A stretch of 64,000 bases of DNA from Synechococcus sp. (GTDB lineage Bacteria; Cyanobacteriota; Cyanobacteriia; PCC-6307; Cyanobiaceae). Below, piece by piece: positions 7,914 through 17,233 of the stretch. Positions within the stretch are counted from its first letter, which is position 1, and each line of letters opens with the position of its first letter. Below the pieces are notes generated by a model. The model saw only the letters and a program-made list of their open reading frames with translations. It did no database searches and was not told where the DNA came from. Where the stretch lies: NCBI GenBank assembly GCA_047285805.1, contig JBJBCN010000002.1, forward strand, positions 800,001 through 864,000. Reading direction: 5' to 3'. A program made the translations under genes and the position numbers.

Positions 7914-8726
7914 ATGAGAGAACCAGGAGGAAAGAGTGTAGCAATAGTTATACATGGCGCCTTTCAGTCGCATGAAAACGTTGGAGGAGCAGCCCTCGTA
8001 CTCAAAGACTTAGGCGTGAAAGAAGTGCACATACCCGATCTTGCAGGACACGGTGTCGAGAAAGACACCGAAATATCAGGAAAGAACCTTATAGAGGGGC
8101 TTGCAGAGGATCTGCTATCCAGAAGAAAAATAAAGCAATCATTAAACCGGGAAAGAATAGAGAGAGTCACGCTGATTGGTCACTCACTTGGAGCATCTGT
8201 AGCACTTGCTGTTGCCAAACAGTTAATTGTCAATGCGGAAAGCGTAAACCTGATCCTAGTAGAACCAATCTTTTGGCTGGGCAAAGAATGTGGCGGTCAA
8301 GACGATTTGCTGAACAATCTAGAGACCCACATTCCACAGACTAAAACACAGATTGAAATCACCAATTACCTTAGAGCACTTCTCAAAGGCGACAACCACC
8401 TATCTAGCGACTTCAGCGTACTAACCAATCTTGCGAACTCAAACAAAGCCATAGTCAGTCTAATAAGAGGGGGCAGAAGTAGCGTTCAATCAAAAGAACA
8501 ATTTAAGATTGAAACCTCAGATGGAGTTATCACATGTAGTGTCATCGGCCAAGAGATCGGATCGCTTGTACCAGACGATTATTGTAATAGGGATCTGTTC
8601 GACAATCAGCTCGCAATCAAACAAGCAGGTCATAACCCATTTACTCATACAAGCTTTTACGAGTGGCTGAGGCTTTTAATCAACCAAACCGAAAGTATTG
8701 ATGAAGCCAACTTACAAGGTGACTGA
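7914..8726 (+). CDS. Alpha/beta hydrolase fold protein
   Basis: IHG oxyanion motif, PDLAGHG, nucleophile elbow GHSLG, C-terminal AGH. Confidence 0.85.
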   Translation: MREPGGKSVAIVIHGAFQSHENVGGAALVLKDLGVKEVHIPDLAGHGVEKDTEISGKNLIEGLAEDLLSRRKIKQSLNRERIERVTLIGHSLGASVALAVAKQLIVNAESVNLILVEPIFWLGKECGGQDDLLNNLETHIPQTKTQIEITNYLRALLKGDNHLSSDFSVLTNLANSNKAIVSLIRGGRSSVQSKEQFKIETSDGVITCSVIGQEIGSLVPDDYCNRDLFDNQLAIKQAGHNPFTHTSFYEWLRLLINQTESIDEANLQGD

Positions 8727-8909
8727 TTTTCGGAGATGTGGAAAGCTTTTCAGATGTTGCTCCAAACAAAAGTCTCGAACAGTATCCATTTCCTCCTTAG
8801 TTGGATGTTCACCTAATGCCAGAAGAAGCCGCGGACGACACACCATCGACTGCTTGTCGACTGCTTGGCTGGTTCTAGCATCCACTTATTGAGAGGAGCT
8901 GAGAAACCA

Positions 8910-9488
8910 GTGGCACTTACACTTTACGGCGGTGTGCGAAGCAGGGCAAGCATGCCCCGTTGGTACATGGAGGAGCGGGGAATCCCCTACACCTGGCAAC
9001 TCCTCAACATGGAGGCCGGGGAACACCGCCAGGAGCCCTACATCGCCATCAACCCCTTCGGGAAAGTGCCGGCCCTGATGGATGAGGATCCCGCTCTCCC
9101 CGGCGGTCGGATCCAGCTGTTTGAGAGCGGCGCGATCCTGCTCTATTTGGCGGAGCGCTTCGGTGGGGAATGCCAGACCGCCGCTGAGAGGGGGATGGCG
9201 CAGCAGTGGGTGCTCTTCGCCAACGCGACCCTGGCCACCGCGCTCTTTGTTCCCTCCAACCGCGAACGGGAATTCCCCCGCCTGATGGAGGTGCTCGATT
9301 GCAAGCTCGCGGACGGTCCGTTGATCAGTGGCGAATGGGGCGTCGCCGATTGTGCCGTTAACGCCTACCTGGCCTACTTGCCGATCTTCTTCCCTCAGAT
9401 CGACCTCAGCCCCTATCCCCAGGTTCAGGCGACCATCGCCGCAACCCAACAACGGGCTGCTTACCAACGGGTCATGGGCCAGCGTTGA
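8910..9488 (+). CDS. Glutathione S-transferase family protein
   Basis: LTLYGG..SRASMPRWYMEE, INPFGKVPAL, LFESGAILLYLA; GTG 8910 after GAGAGGAG. Confidence 0.92.
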   Translation: MALTLYGGVRSRASMPRWYMEERGIPYTWQLLNMEAGEHRQEPYIAINPFGKVPALMDEDPALPGGRIQLFESGAILLYLAERFGGECQTAAERGMAQQWVLFANATLATALFVPSNREREFPRLMEVLDCKLADGPLISGEWGVADCAVNAYLAYLPIFFPQIDLSPYPQVQATIAATQQRAAYQRVMGQR

Positions 9489-10129
9489 GCGCGCGCGCAA
9501 GCCTCAGATGGGGCCAGAGCTCCCTCGAGCTGCTACCCGAGCGGGCCGCCTGGGATCCCCAACGGCGGGCCCTGCTCGTAGCCGATCTGCACCTGGGCAA
9601 GGCCGAGAGCTTTCAGGCCCAGGGCATCCCCCTCCCCAGCGATGGCGACCAGGGGAACCTCAATCGACTACTCGCACTCTGCTGCAGCCTTGGCCCCGAG
9701 CAGGTGCTTGTCCTCGGTGACCTCATCCACAGCCGTCTCGGCCTAACCGGCGAACTTCAGGAGAAGCTCGCCGCCCTGCCAGAGTTAATGGGCTGCGAGC
9801 TCGTGCTGGTGGGCGGCAACCATGACCGCGGCGCCATCTTCCCCGCCCTGCGAGCTCAACCCTCTCTCCAAATGGGCGACTGGTGGCTCAGCCATGAACC
9901 TGAGCGGCCAGCGCAACCCGGCTTGCTGAACATCTGTGGCCATCTCCATCCGGTCGCGCAGCTCGGGCAGGGCGCCGTTCGTCTGCGGTTGCCCTGCTTT
10001 GGTCTGGATCAAGCCCAACAACGGCTGCTGCTGCCAGCCTTCGGTGACCTCACCGGCGGGCACCCCGCCCCAGCGGGACTGGAGCGGTGGGTGATCGCCG
10101 ACGACCAGGTCCTAAAACTGCCGACCTAG
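9485..10129 (+). CDS. pdeM: Ligase-associated metallophosphoesterase/endonuclease PdeM
   Basis: ADLHLGK, LGDLIH, GNHD, SHEP, GHLHP, LPAFG motifs. Confidence 0.88.
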   Translation: MSARASLRWGQSSLELLPERAAWDPQRRALLVADLHLGKAESFQAQGIPLPSDGDQGNLNRLLALCCSLGPEQVLVLGDLIHSRLGLTGELQEKLAALPELMGCELVLVGGNHDRGAIFPALRAQPSLQMGDWWLSHEPERPAQPGLLNICGHLHPVAQLGQGAVRLRLPCFGLDQAQQRLLLPAFGDLTGGHPAPAGLERWVIADDQVLKLPT

Positions 10130-10147
10130 GTCTGGGCTGTTCGTAGA

Positions 10148-11320
10148 TTGAAGTCGCTTCATATTGACTGCGCCGCAGCGCCACCGTCCAAACCGAAGCG
10201 CCCCACTGGCGAAGCAAACGCTGAATCCAGATCTGGCTTGGGGGCTCTCTTTGCGTTTTTATTTGCCATTGCTCCCCCCTTGCCGGAGGGCGAACAGCCA
10301 AGGCCTTCCTCTCGGCTGGTCCAGGCAAACGGCAGAGCCGAGCCCTTCCGCTATCTCCCTGAGCAGGACGACTATGCCCTCGATTTCGATCCGCGGAATG
10401 TCGGCATAGGCCTGTTCGAGGGGGATCGGGAGCAGGACGCCTTCAACGACAACGCAGCCCTGGCCTAAGTGTCCGGGCCGATGTACGAGCACCACGTCAA
10501 CAGCCTGGGCCGGGAAATCACCGTTCCGCTCGGTGACCTCAAGTTGGGCTCTCAGGTCTGGTGGAGCCGCAACAGGACGGCTGCACGCCAACGGGCCTTT
10601 GTGAGAATTCGCCACGACGGGGCCGCTGATTTCGGCTTTGGAGAACTCACTCCAGAGCTACCCGCTCGGTATGACACCTTTATCGACGGACTGCACAGCC
10701 TCTACAACGATCTGCTGGATCCACCGCCGGAGTACCGCGCGGCTTGCAGCGTCTCGATGGGCCAGCCGATCCTCTACTACCTCCCCCGCATTCGCATGGT
10801 GATCGGCCTCTGGGGCGATGGGCGCCTCAAGGTCCTGATGAGCCGTGACAGCCTCACCCTTGAGCAGACCAAAAGCCTGGTGTGCCAGCACGGCTTTAAA
10901 GCCGCCTACATGCCCGATCACGCCTCCAAAAGCCGCCTGATCATTCCTGGGGTAAAGGGCTTCACCGAAGCCGCTGCCAACTGGATCAGCGGCGGCGCCA
11001 CCAGCTTTTTCCACTTGCCCGGCATACTGCTTCTCAGCCCACGAACCATCCCACTGCGGCGCACCCTGCTGGCCACCCTCACGCCCCGGATGGGACAACG
11101 GGATTGCAGCAATCCGCTGCAGTGCGCCCAGTGCTTTGTTGCACAGCTCACCTATCGGGCCCTCGTGGGCCTGAACCGCCGGATGGAGCAGGGGCGCAAG
11201 CCGATGGCACACCTCATCTGATCGCCGGCAGGCGTGGTGCAGCCCCTGCTGCCCCCACAGCCGCTACCGCCGATCAACGGAGCCAGAAAGGTTCCTTTGA
11301 TCGCGCCGCCGCCGCTCTAG
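10148..11320 (+). pseudogene. Conserved cyanobacterial hypothetical gene interrupted by in-frame stops
   Basis: ORFs 10148-10468 and 10469-11221 abut in the same frame across a single TAA; the frame continues past TGA 11219-11221 to TAG 11318-11320. Confidence 0.75.
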
Positions 11321-11781
11321 GCCGAAGCCAGCGCCCGCACCACATCGCCGCGGGTCAGCACCCCCAGCGGACGCTTCTGCGCGTCAAGGACAAACAGCCG
11401 TTGGGTGCCCTGTTCGTGCAGCAGCCGTGCCGCCTCCGGCAGCAAGGTGTCCCCGCTGCAGGTGTGGGGGCTCTGGCTCATCACCTCGCCCACGCTGTTG
11501 CCCAGCACCTGATGCACCTGCTTGTCCCACTGCAGTGGGTTGCGCAGGTAGATCACCGCGTCCAAGAGCATCACGTAAGGGCCGGCATCAAAGCCGCTTT
11601 CGCGCACCATCAAGTCCTGCTCGGTTAGCTCTCCAATCAGGGCGCCGTTGCCATCGAGCACAGGCAGGCCGCTGATGTGGTGATCGCTAATCAACTGCAC
11701 CGCGTCCTGGAGCGGCGTCTCGATGCTGACGCTGCGAACGGGCGTGGTCATGACTTCGGAGACCCGGCGTTCAACGACCAT
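11317..11781 (-). CDS. CBS-domain pair protein
   Basis: VSEVMTTPV, HHISGLPVLD, VGEVMS, LGVLTRGDVVRAL. Confidence 0.92.
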   Translation of the reverse strand: MVVERRVSEVMTTPVRSVSIETPLQDAVQLISDHHISGLPVLDGNGALIGELTEQDLMVRESGFDAGPYVMLLDAVIYLRNPLQWDKQVHQVLGNSVGEVMSQSPHTCSGDTLLPEAARLLHEQGTQRLFVLDAQKRPLGVLTRGDVVRALASA

Positions 11782-11857
11782 GACTGCGCTGCGGCTTCCG
11801 TCATTGTGGCTGCTGCGTGAGGCGAAAGAATGAATCGCAACGCTTGGTCGGAAAGCC

Positions 11858-12394
11858 ATGCCGAACGCATCCTTCAGCCGGTGTCTCGCTGATGGCCTCA
11901 CCATCGCTCGCGCCGTTGTCGGTTTGCCCTTGATCGTGGCGTTGAGCCTCGGTCAGGGCTGGCTGGCCTGGTGGCTCCTGCTCCTGGGGGGGTTAAGTGA
12001 TGCCGCCGATGGATGGCTGGCCCGGCGGGCCGGCGGGGGTTCCGTCTGGGGGGCGCGCTTGGATCCCTTGACCGACAAGATCTTGTTTCTGGCGCCCCTG
12101 CTCTGGCTGGGGGCTGCCGGCGCCTTGCCGCTCTGGGCAATCTGGCTGCTGCTGGCCCGTGAGCTCCTCATCTCCGGCTGGCGGGCCAGACAAGGCAGCG
12201 GTGGACCGGCCTCCTGGGGGGGCAAGGCCAAGACGATCCTGCAGTGCGCCGCGCTGCTGCTCCTGCTCTGGCCCGGCGGCGGCTCCGCTCTGCTGAACAG
12301 TCTGGGGTTCTGGCTGTTCTGGCCGTCCCTTGTACTCGCCCTGAGCTCAGCCTGGGGCTACATCAAAGCGCCAGCAACTGATCGTCGGAGCTGA
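11858..12394 (+). CDS. CDP-alcohol phosphatidyltransferase (PgsA-like)
   Basis: DAADGWLARR...GARLDPLTDK signature; several TM segments. Confidence 0.9.
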   Translation: MPNASFSRCLADGLTIARAVVGLPLIVALSLGQGWLAWWLLLLGGLSDAADGWLARRAGGGSVWGARLDPLTDKILFLAPLLWLGAAGALPLWAIWLLLARELLISGWRARQGSGGPASWGGKAKTILQCAALLLLLWPGGGSALLNSLGFWLFWPSLVLALSSAWGYIKAPATDRRS

Positions 12395-13283
12395 AGTCCG
12401 GGCTCGTGTGCATCCGCTTGGCGTAGTCGTTGCTGTAGCTATCGATAAGGGAGCGCTCGACGTCGTACTGCGGCGTCCAGGCCAGCTCGCGCTGCACCCG
12501 ATGAATGTCCGTCAGGAAGTGGGCCATCCGCAACGGGAAGGCCTTGCGGACCTTCTTATCCAGGCTGCTGGGATCGAAACTGCGGATCTCCACCGAGGCC
12601 GGGTCCTTGCCGCAGGCCCGGGCCGCGGCGGCCACCAGGCCACGGAAGCTAATGCCCTGGGCGCTCGAGCAGTTGTAGATCCGATTGGTAGCCGCATCGA
12701 CCCCGATGCTCAGGGCCATCGCCGTCGCCAGGTCATCGACATGGCCCAACTGGGTGATGGTGCTGCCATCTCCGGGCAGGGGGACAGGGCGACCATGCAC
12801 GATCCGGTCGAAGAACCAGCTCTCAACTGGGTTGTAGTTGCCGGCTCCAACGATGTAGGTCGGGCGGAAGCTCGTGAACGGGATCTTCTCCGCCGTCAGC
12901 CAGGCCTCGGTGTCGAGCTTGCCGCTATGGCGACTCTCGGGATCGGTAGGGGAGGTTTCACTCAGCGGCCACAACTCACTATCGGCGTAGACACCGGCGG
13001 AGCTCACGTAGACGAACCGATGGCTGGGAGCCCCGGTTACCTCAACTACGGAGCGGCTGTCGGCAACCGTGCGTCCCGAGCTGTCGACGATCACATCGAA
13101 TTCACGACCCGCCAGAGCCGAGATCCCCTCAGCCGTGCTGCGGTCACCACAGAGATGCTCAACGCCGGCCGGAACCGGTTTTTTGCCGCGGGTAAACAGG
13201 GTTAAGGCGTGGCCGGCGTCCTGCAGCTGCTGCACGAGTGGGCGTCCCACGAAACGGGTCCCGCCCATCACCAGGATTTTCAT
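12363..13283 (-). CDS. NAD-dependent epimerase/dehydratase family protein (CSP41b-like)
   Basis: MKILVMGGTRFVG, YVSSAGVY, FRPTYIVG, AFPLR. Confidence 0.9.
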   Translation of the reverse strand: MKILVMGGTRFVGRPLVQQLQDAGHALTLFTRGKKPVPAGVEHLCGDRSTAEGISALAGREFDVIVDSSGRTVADSRSVVEVTGAPSHRFVYVSSAGVYADSELWPLSETSPTDPESRHSGKLDTEAWLTAEKIPFTSFRPTYIVGAGNYNPVESWFFDRIVHGRPVPLPGDGSTITQLGHVDDLATAMALSIGVDAATNRIYNCSSAQGISFRGLVAAAARACGKDPASVEIRSFDPSSLDKKVRKAFPLRMAHFLTDIHRVQRELAWTPQYDVERSLIDSYSNDYAKRMHTSPDFSSDDQLLAL

Positions 13284-13370
13284 CACAGCCAACCGATGTT
13301 GCGCCCATTCAAAACGCTAAGCACCCCCATTAGAACCGCAGGACACTGAGGGTTCTTAGCGGCGGGCATC

Positions 13371-14066
13371 ATGGGGCGATTCAGCGAGGTTCTGCGCTCC
13401 CTCAACAACCTCAAATTGCTGGCGGCCGTCGGCCGCAGCGGCGGTGAACTGGGCACCATCGCTGACCTGGTGGACAACTTTCTGGGCAGCCCCCAGATGG
13501 AGGAATGCATTCGCCGCTTCCGCGCCCTCCCTGGCGGTGCCGAACTGATGGACGCGCGCTACCCGCCCCTGGAGCCACCCATCGCGCAACTCCAGACGCT
13601 CCCCGCCGGATCCCTGGGACGGGAGTACGCCCGGCTGATACTCCAGCTCGGCTACGACCCGGAATTTTTTCGTCCGCGGCCCATCGAGAGCGACGGACAG
13701 TGGCTGACCCAGCGCATCGCCACCACCCATGACATCCATCACGTCATCAGCGGTTTTGGCACCGAACGGGCCGGTGAGACTGGCGTCCTGGCCATCACCG
13801 CCGCCCAGATCGGCTTCCCTGCCTACGTCCTGCTGAGCAGCGCCAGCCAGCTTGCGAACTTCCGCCTGAAGCTCGAGGAGTTTGAAGGCATCAGCCGCGC
13901 CGCCGCCCACGGCTATTCGATTGCCCGCCAGGCCAAGTGCCTAGCCATCGCCCGCTGGGAAGAGGGGTGGGAAAAACCCGTTCAGCAATGGCGGCAAGAG
14001 TTGGGCCTCGTCGATCCAGGCGACGACGAGCCCTACGGCCTGGCCCAGCAGCTCACCGACGTATGA
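13371..14066 (+). CDS. Coq4 family protein
   Basis: LPAGSLGREY, THDIHHVISGF and a downstream GE: the HDxxH-x11-E metal motif. Confidence 0.8.
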   Translation: MGRFSEVLRSLNNLKLLAAVGRSGGELGTIADLVDNFLGSPQMEECIRRFRALPGGAELMDARYPPLEPPIAQLQTLPAGSLGREYARLILQLGYDPEFFRPRPIESDGQWLTQRIATTHDIHHVISGFGTERAGETGVLAITAAQIGFPAYVLLSSASQLANFRLKLEEFEGISRAAAHGYSIARQAKCLAIARWEEGWEKPVQQWRQELGLVDPGDDEPYGLAQQLTDV

Positions 14067-14284
14067 AGTGGCCGCAGCAGTGGACCGCCCAGCCCCCTGT
14101 CCTGGGGCTGACCAGGGGCTATCGCCACTTCCGCGTCCTCAGGGAGATCGGCAAAGGCAAGGCACGATGCCTTGAGCTCGAGGCCTTGCTGGAGAGAGAC
14201 TTCCGCCTGGTGGTTCCGCTGCAGGTCTTGCGGGATCGCAGCCTCTGGCAGCCTGGCTGGAATTCCTTGAGCCGACCGGCCTCC
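14063..14284 (+). CDS. TIGR02450/DUF2389-like Trp-rich domain, in frame with hisA with no stop codon
   Basis: MKWPQQWTA...YRHFRV...LELEALL...LRDRSLWQPGW; its ATG overlaps the Coq4 stop (ATGA). Confidence 0.65.
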
Positions 14285-15058
14285 ATGCAGATCATCCCCG
14301 CTATCGACCTGCTGGACGGCCATTGCGTACGGCTGCACCAGGGTGACTACGGCAAGGTCACCCGCTTTAACGATGATCCGGTGGCCCAGGCCCTCGATTG
14401 GGAACGCCAAGGGGCCGAGCGTCTCCATTTGGTGGACCTCGATGGCGCCAAAACCGGTCAACCGGTGAATGACCAGGCGGTCAAGGCGATTACCTCGGCC
14501 CTCTCCATCCCGGTGCAGTTGGGCGGTGGGGTCCGCAGCGCCGAACGGGCTGAAGAACTGCTGCAATGCGGCCTCGACCGCGTCATCCTCGGCACCGTCG
14601 CCATCGAGAAGCCTGAGCTCCTCAAGGAGCTCGCCGGCCGTCACCCGGGCAAGGTCGTTGTCGGAATCGACGCCAAGGATGGTTTGGTTGCCACCCGCGG
14701 TTGGGTCGAGACCAGCACCGTGCAGGCCACGGAACTGGCCAAGAGCTTTGAAGGCACGGGTGTAGCCGCGATCATCAGCACCGACATCGCGACCGACGGC
14801 ACCCTGGCTGGCCCCAACATCGACGCCCTGCGGGCCATGGCTGAGGCCAGCAGCATCCCCGTGATCGCCTCCGGCGGGATAGGCACCCTGGAGGACATCC
14901 TCTCCCTACTCTCTATTGCTCCCCTCGGGGTAAGCGGCGTGATCGTGGGCCGGGCCCTCTACGACGGCACGGTGGACCTGTCGGAAGCACTCCAGGCCAT
15001 TGGGCCTGAGCGACTTCAAGACGCACTCAATCCGCCTACGGGTTCTATAACGGTTTGA
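14285..15058 (+). CDS. hisA: ProFAR isomerase HisA
   Basis: MQIIPAIDLLDGHCVRLHQGDY, HLVDLDGA, QLGGGVR, TDIATDGTLAGPN, IASGG, IVGRALY. Confidence 0.97.
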   Translation: MQIIPAIDLLDGHCVRLHQGDYGKVTRFNDDPVAQALDWERQGAERLHLVDLDGAKTGQPVNDQAVKAITSALSIPVQLGGGVRSAERAEELLQCGLDRVILGTVAIEKPELLKELAGRHPGKVVVGIDAKDGLVATRGWVETSTVQATELAKSFEGTGVAAIISTDIATDGTLAGPNIDALRAMAEASSIPVIASGGIGTLEDILSLLSIAPLGVSGVIVGRALYDGTVDLSEALQAIGPERLQDALNPPTGSITV

Positions 15059-15074
15059 GAGACCTGTTTCGGTC

Positions 15075-15530
15075 GTGGTTGCTCATTCGGCACCTAACAC
15101 CGCAACGAACAGCGTGACCCACGGCGTGGATCGCGCATATTTGCGCTGCAAAGACCTGGGGATGCGGCTCTCGCGTCAACGGCGCATGGTCCTGGAACTG
15201 CTCTGGGATGAGAGGGATCACCTAAGCGCCCGCGACATTTTTGAGCGTCTCAACGCCAAGGGCCGCAACATCGGCCATACCTCCGTTTACCAAAACCTCG
15301 AAGCCCTGCAGAGCGCCGGGGTGATCGAGTGCCTGGATCGCGCCAACGGCCGCCTCTACGGCTACCGCAGCGATCCCCACAGCCACATCACCTGCCTGGA
15401 TTCCGGCGCCATACAGGACCTCGATGTGGAACTGCCCGCAGATCTGCTCGATCGGATCGAGAAGCAAACCGGCTATCGCATCGAGAACTACACCCTTAAT
15501 CTCAGCGGACGCCGTTTGAAGCTTCGATGA
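15075..15530 (+). CDS. Fur family transcriptional regulator
   Basis: GMRLSRQR, HLSARDI, SVYQNLEAL, HSHITC; start uncertain. Confidence 0.9.
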   Translation: MVAHSAPNTATNSVTHGVDRAYLRCKDLGMRLSRQRRMVLELLWDERDHLSARDIFERLNAKGRNIGHTSVYQNLEALQSAGVIECLDRANGRLYGYRSDPHSHITCLDSGAIQDLDVELPADLLDRIEKQTGYRIENYTLNLSGRRLKLR

Positions 15531-15590
15531 GGAGTGGAAAGCCCGGCGATCCCCGTTAACTTGGGCGCCAACAAGGCTCAACGCTGATCC

Positions 15591-17201
15591 GTGCCTGAGG
15601 CGAAGGACGCCCCTCCAATCCTGATCCTTGCCGAGCCCCTTATTCAGGCTGGGCTGGAACGGTTGCTGGAGGACGCCTTCCAGCTCAAGAAGATCGCCGG
15701 AGGTGAGACCGGACGAGTCGACCTGGTGATCTGGAGCGTCAACGCCGGTATCCCCTCATCCACTTTGGAGCGGGAACTGCTCCAACTGCGTGAACGCTGG
15801 CAGCCGGCACCGCTACTGCTGCTGCTGCCGGGCGAATTCGATCAACCCAGCAGTTGGCTACTGCAACTGGGGGCCGAGGGTCTGCTGCAACGGGCGGAAC
15901 CTGAGGAGATACGCGCAGCCGTGGACACCCTGCTGACGGGTGGCCGCGTCGTCGAACTGCGCCCGATCTACGCCATCCAACAGCCTGAAACCAGCCGCAA
16001 GGCCCTCGGGCTGGGACAATGGCTCCTTCGCAGCGGCCTGGCGCAGATCGAAGCGGAGATGATGCGCTGCCAGCGTTGGCTGGACCTTCAGCCCGTGGGA
16101 TTGAACGCCCTGCTGCTTTCCGGACGCCTGCGGGAACTGAACCTCGCGAAGAGCCTGCTGCTTTGGCTCTGGGGCCCCATCAGCATGGCCTTCCCCGCCA
16201 ATCCCCTCGCGCATCAGCCTGAACCGCAATCGGTGGTGGGCATCACCCTGCGGGAGCGCACGGCGATCGGCGTCTGGGACGCCATCCAAGAGCGGCTGAT
16301 AACGGCGGTCTCCGCCGGGGTGAGCAACAAAAGCGGTCAGCTGATGGCCCTGGAAGGGCTGAGTGCGGATCACCGCCGTGACCTGCTGCTGGCCCTATTG
16401 GCCCAGTTCGATCTGCTGATTACCCGCTTCCGCCACGAGCAATTGCTGGGCGAAGCTCTTGAGAGCCGCTGGCTCGGCCAGCAACGCGAGCTGCGGCTCC
16501 TCTCCCTTCGCTCCATGGCCGGGGAATACGTCCAGCTGCCGCTCGAGGGGGGGCTTCTACCCGTCGCCCAGAGCCTAAGCGAAGCCAGTGATCTGACGGC
16601 GGTCGATCCCGAGCTGCCAGGTGCCCTGCCAATGCTGGCGGCCCTGGTGAGCGCCCAGCCGATCCTGGTGGACGGTCGTCTGTTGGCTCCCGATGAGCCC
16701 CAAGCCCTACTGCACCTCGAAGCCTTGATCAGCAACTGGCTGATCCGCAGCTCCGAACTGATCAGCGCCGAAATCCTGGCCAGCTGCAGCACCTGGCCGG
16801 ACCTGCGCCGCTACCTGCTGCGCAGCGATCTCCTGCCCACCCGCAACCTCGAGCGTCTGCGCAACCAGCTCAACTCCCAACAGCGCTGGGATGCCCTGTT
16901 TGAGCGGCCCGTACAGCTCTACGAGAGCCGCCGTCTTCTCTATGGCCTCCAGCAGGGAGCGATCGTTCCGATCGAGCAGATGGAACCCCGAGACCGCGAA
17001 CTGCAGCAACTCAGCTGGGGACAGCAGCTGATCACCCTAGTGCTGGAGGGGCGTGATGCCCTGGCCCCGCAGGTCCAGTCCCTGTTCAAGCGCCTTGGCG
17101 ATCTGCTCGTCGTGGTGCTCACCCAGGTGATTGGCCGCGCCATCGGTCTGGTGGGTCGCGGGATCCTGCAAGGCATGGGCCGCAGCGTCGGCCGCGGCTG
17201 A
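15591..17201 (+). CDS. DUF3685 / Ycf55-like protein with degenerate receiver-like N-terminus
   Basis: C-terminal TRNLERLRNQL, LYESRR, VIGRAIGLVGRGILQGMG typical of the family. Confidence 0.8.
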   Translation: MPEAKDAPPILILAEPLIQAGLERLLEDAFQLKKIAGGETGRVDLVIWSVNAGIPSSTLERELLQLRERWQPAPLLLLLPGEFDQPSSWLLQLGAEGLLQRAEPEEIRAAVDTLLTGGRVVELRPIYAIQQPETSRKALGLGQWLLRSGLAQIEAEMMRCQRWLDLQPVGLNALLLSGRLRELNLAKSLLLWLWGPISMAFPANPLAHQPEPQSVVGITLRERTAIGVWDAIQERLITAVSAGVSNKSGQLMALEGLSADHRRDLLLALLAQFDLLITRFRHEQLLGEALESRWLGQQRELRLLSLRSMAGEYVQLPLEGGLLPVAQSLSEASDLTAVDPELPGALPMLAALVSAQPILVDGRLLAPDEPQALLHLEALISNWLIRSSELISAEILASCSTWPDLRRYLLRSDLLPTRNLERLRNQLNSQQRWDALFERPVQLYESRRLLYGLQQGAIVPIEQMEPRDRELQQLSWGQQLITLVLEGRDALAPQVQSLFKRLGDLLVVVLTQVIGRAIGLVGRGILQGMGRSVGRG

Positions 17202-17233
17202 AGGCCACAATGGCCTGAGCTTTCCCACCATTG

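Larger units (their letters stand above)
6800..8940. other. AT-rich islet, probably horizontally acquired
   Basis: Hand count: 22/60 GC at 8101-8160 versus 44/60 at 9541-9600; A/T-ending codons; boundaries approximate. Confidence 0.85.

Noticed and set aside
7726..7917. 63-aa ORF overlapping the hydrolase start
   Set aside because: The ATGA overlap is suggestive, but there is no motif and an equally long antisense ORF exists.
10466..10468. Programmed readthrough or recoding at the in-frame stop
   Set aside because: TAA is not a Sec or Pyl codon, and a second probable nonsense codon points to decay.
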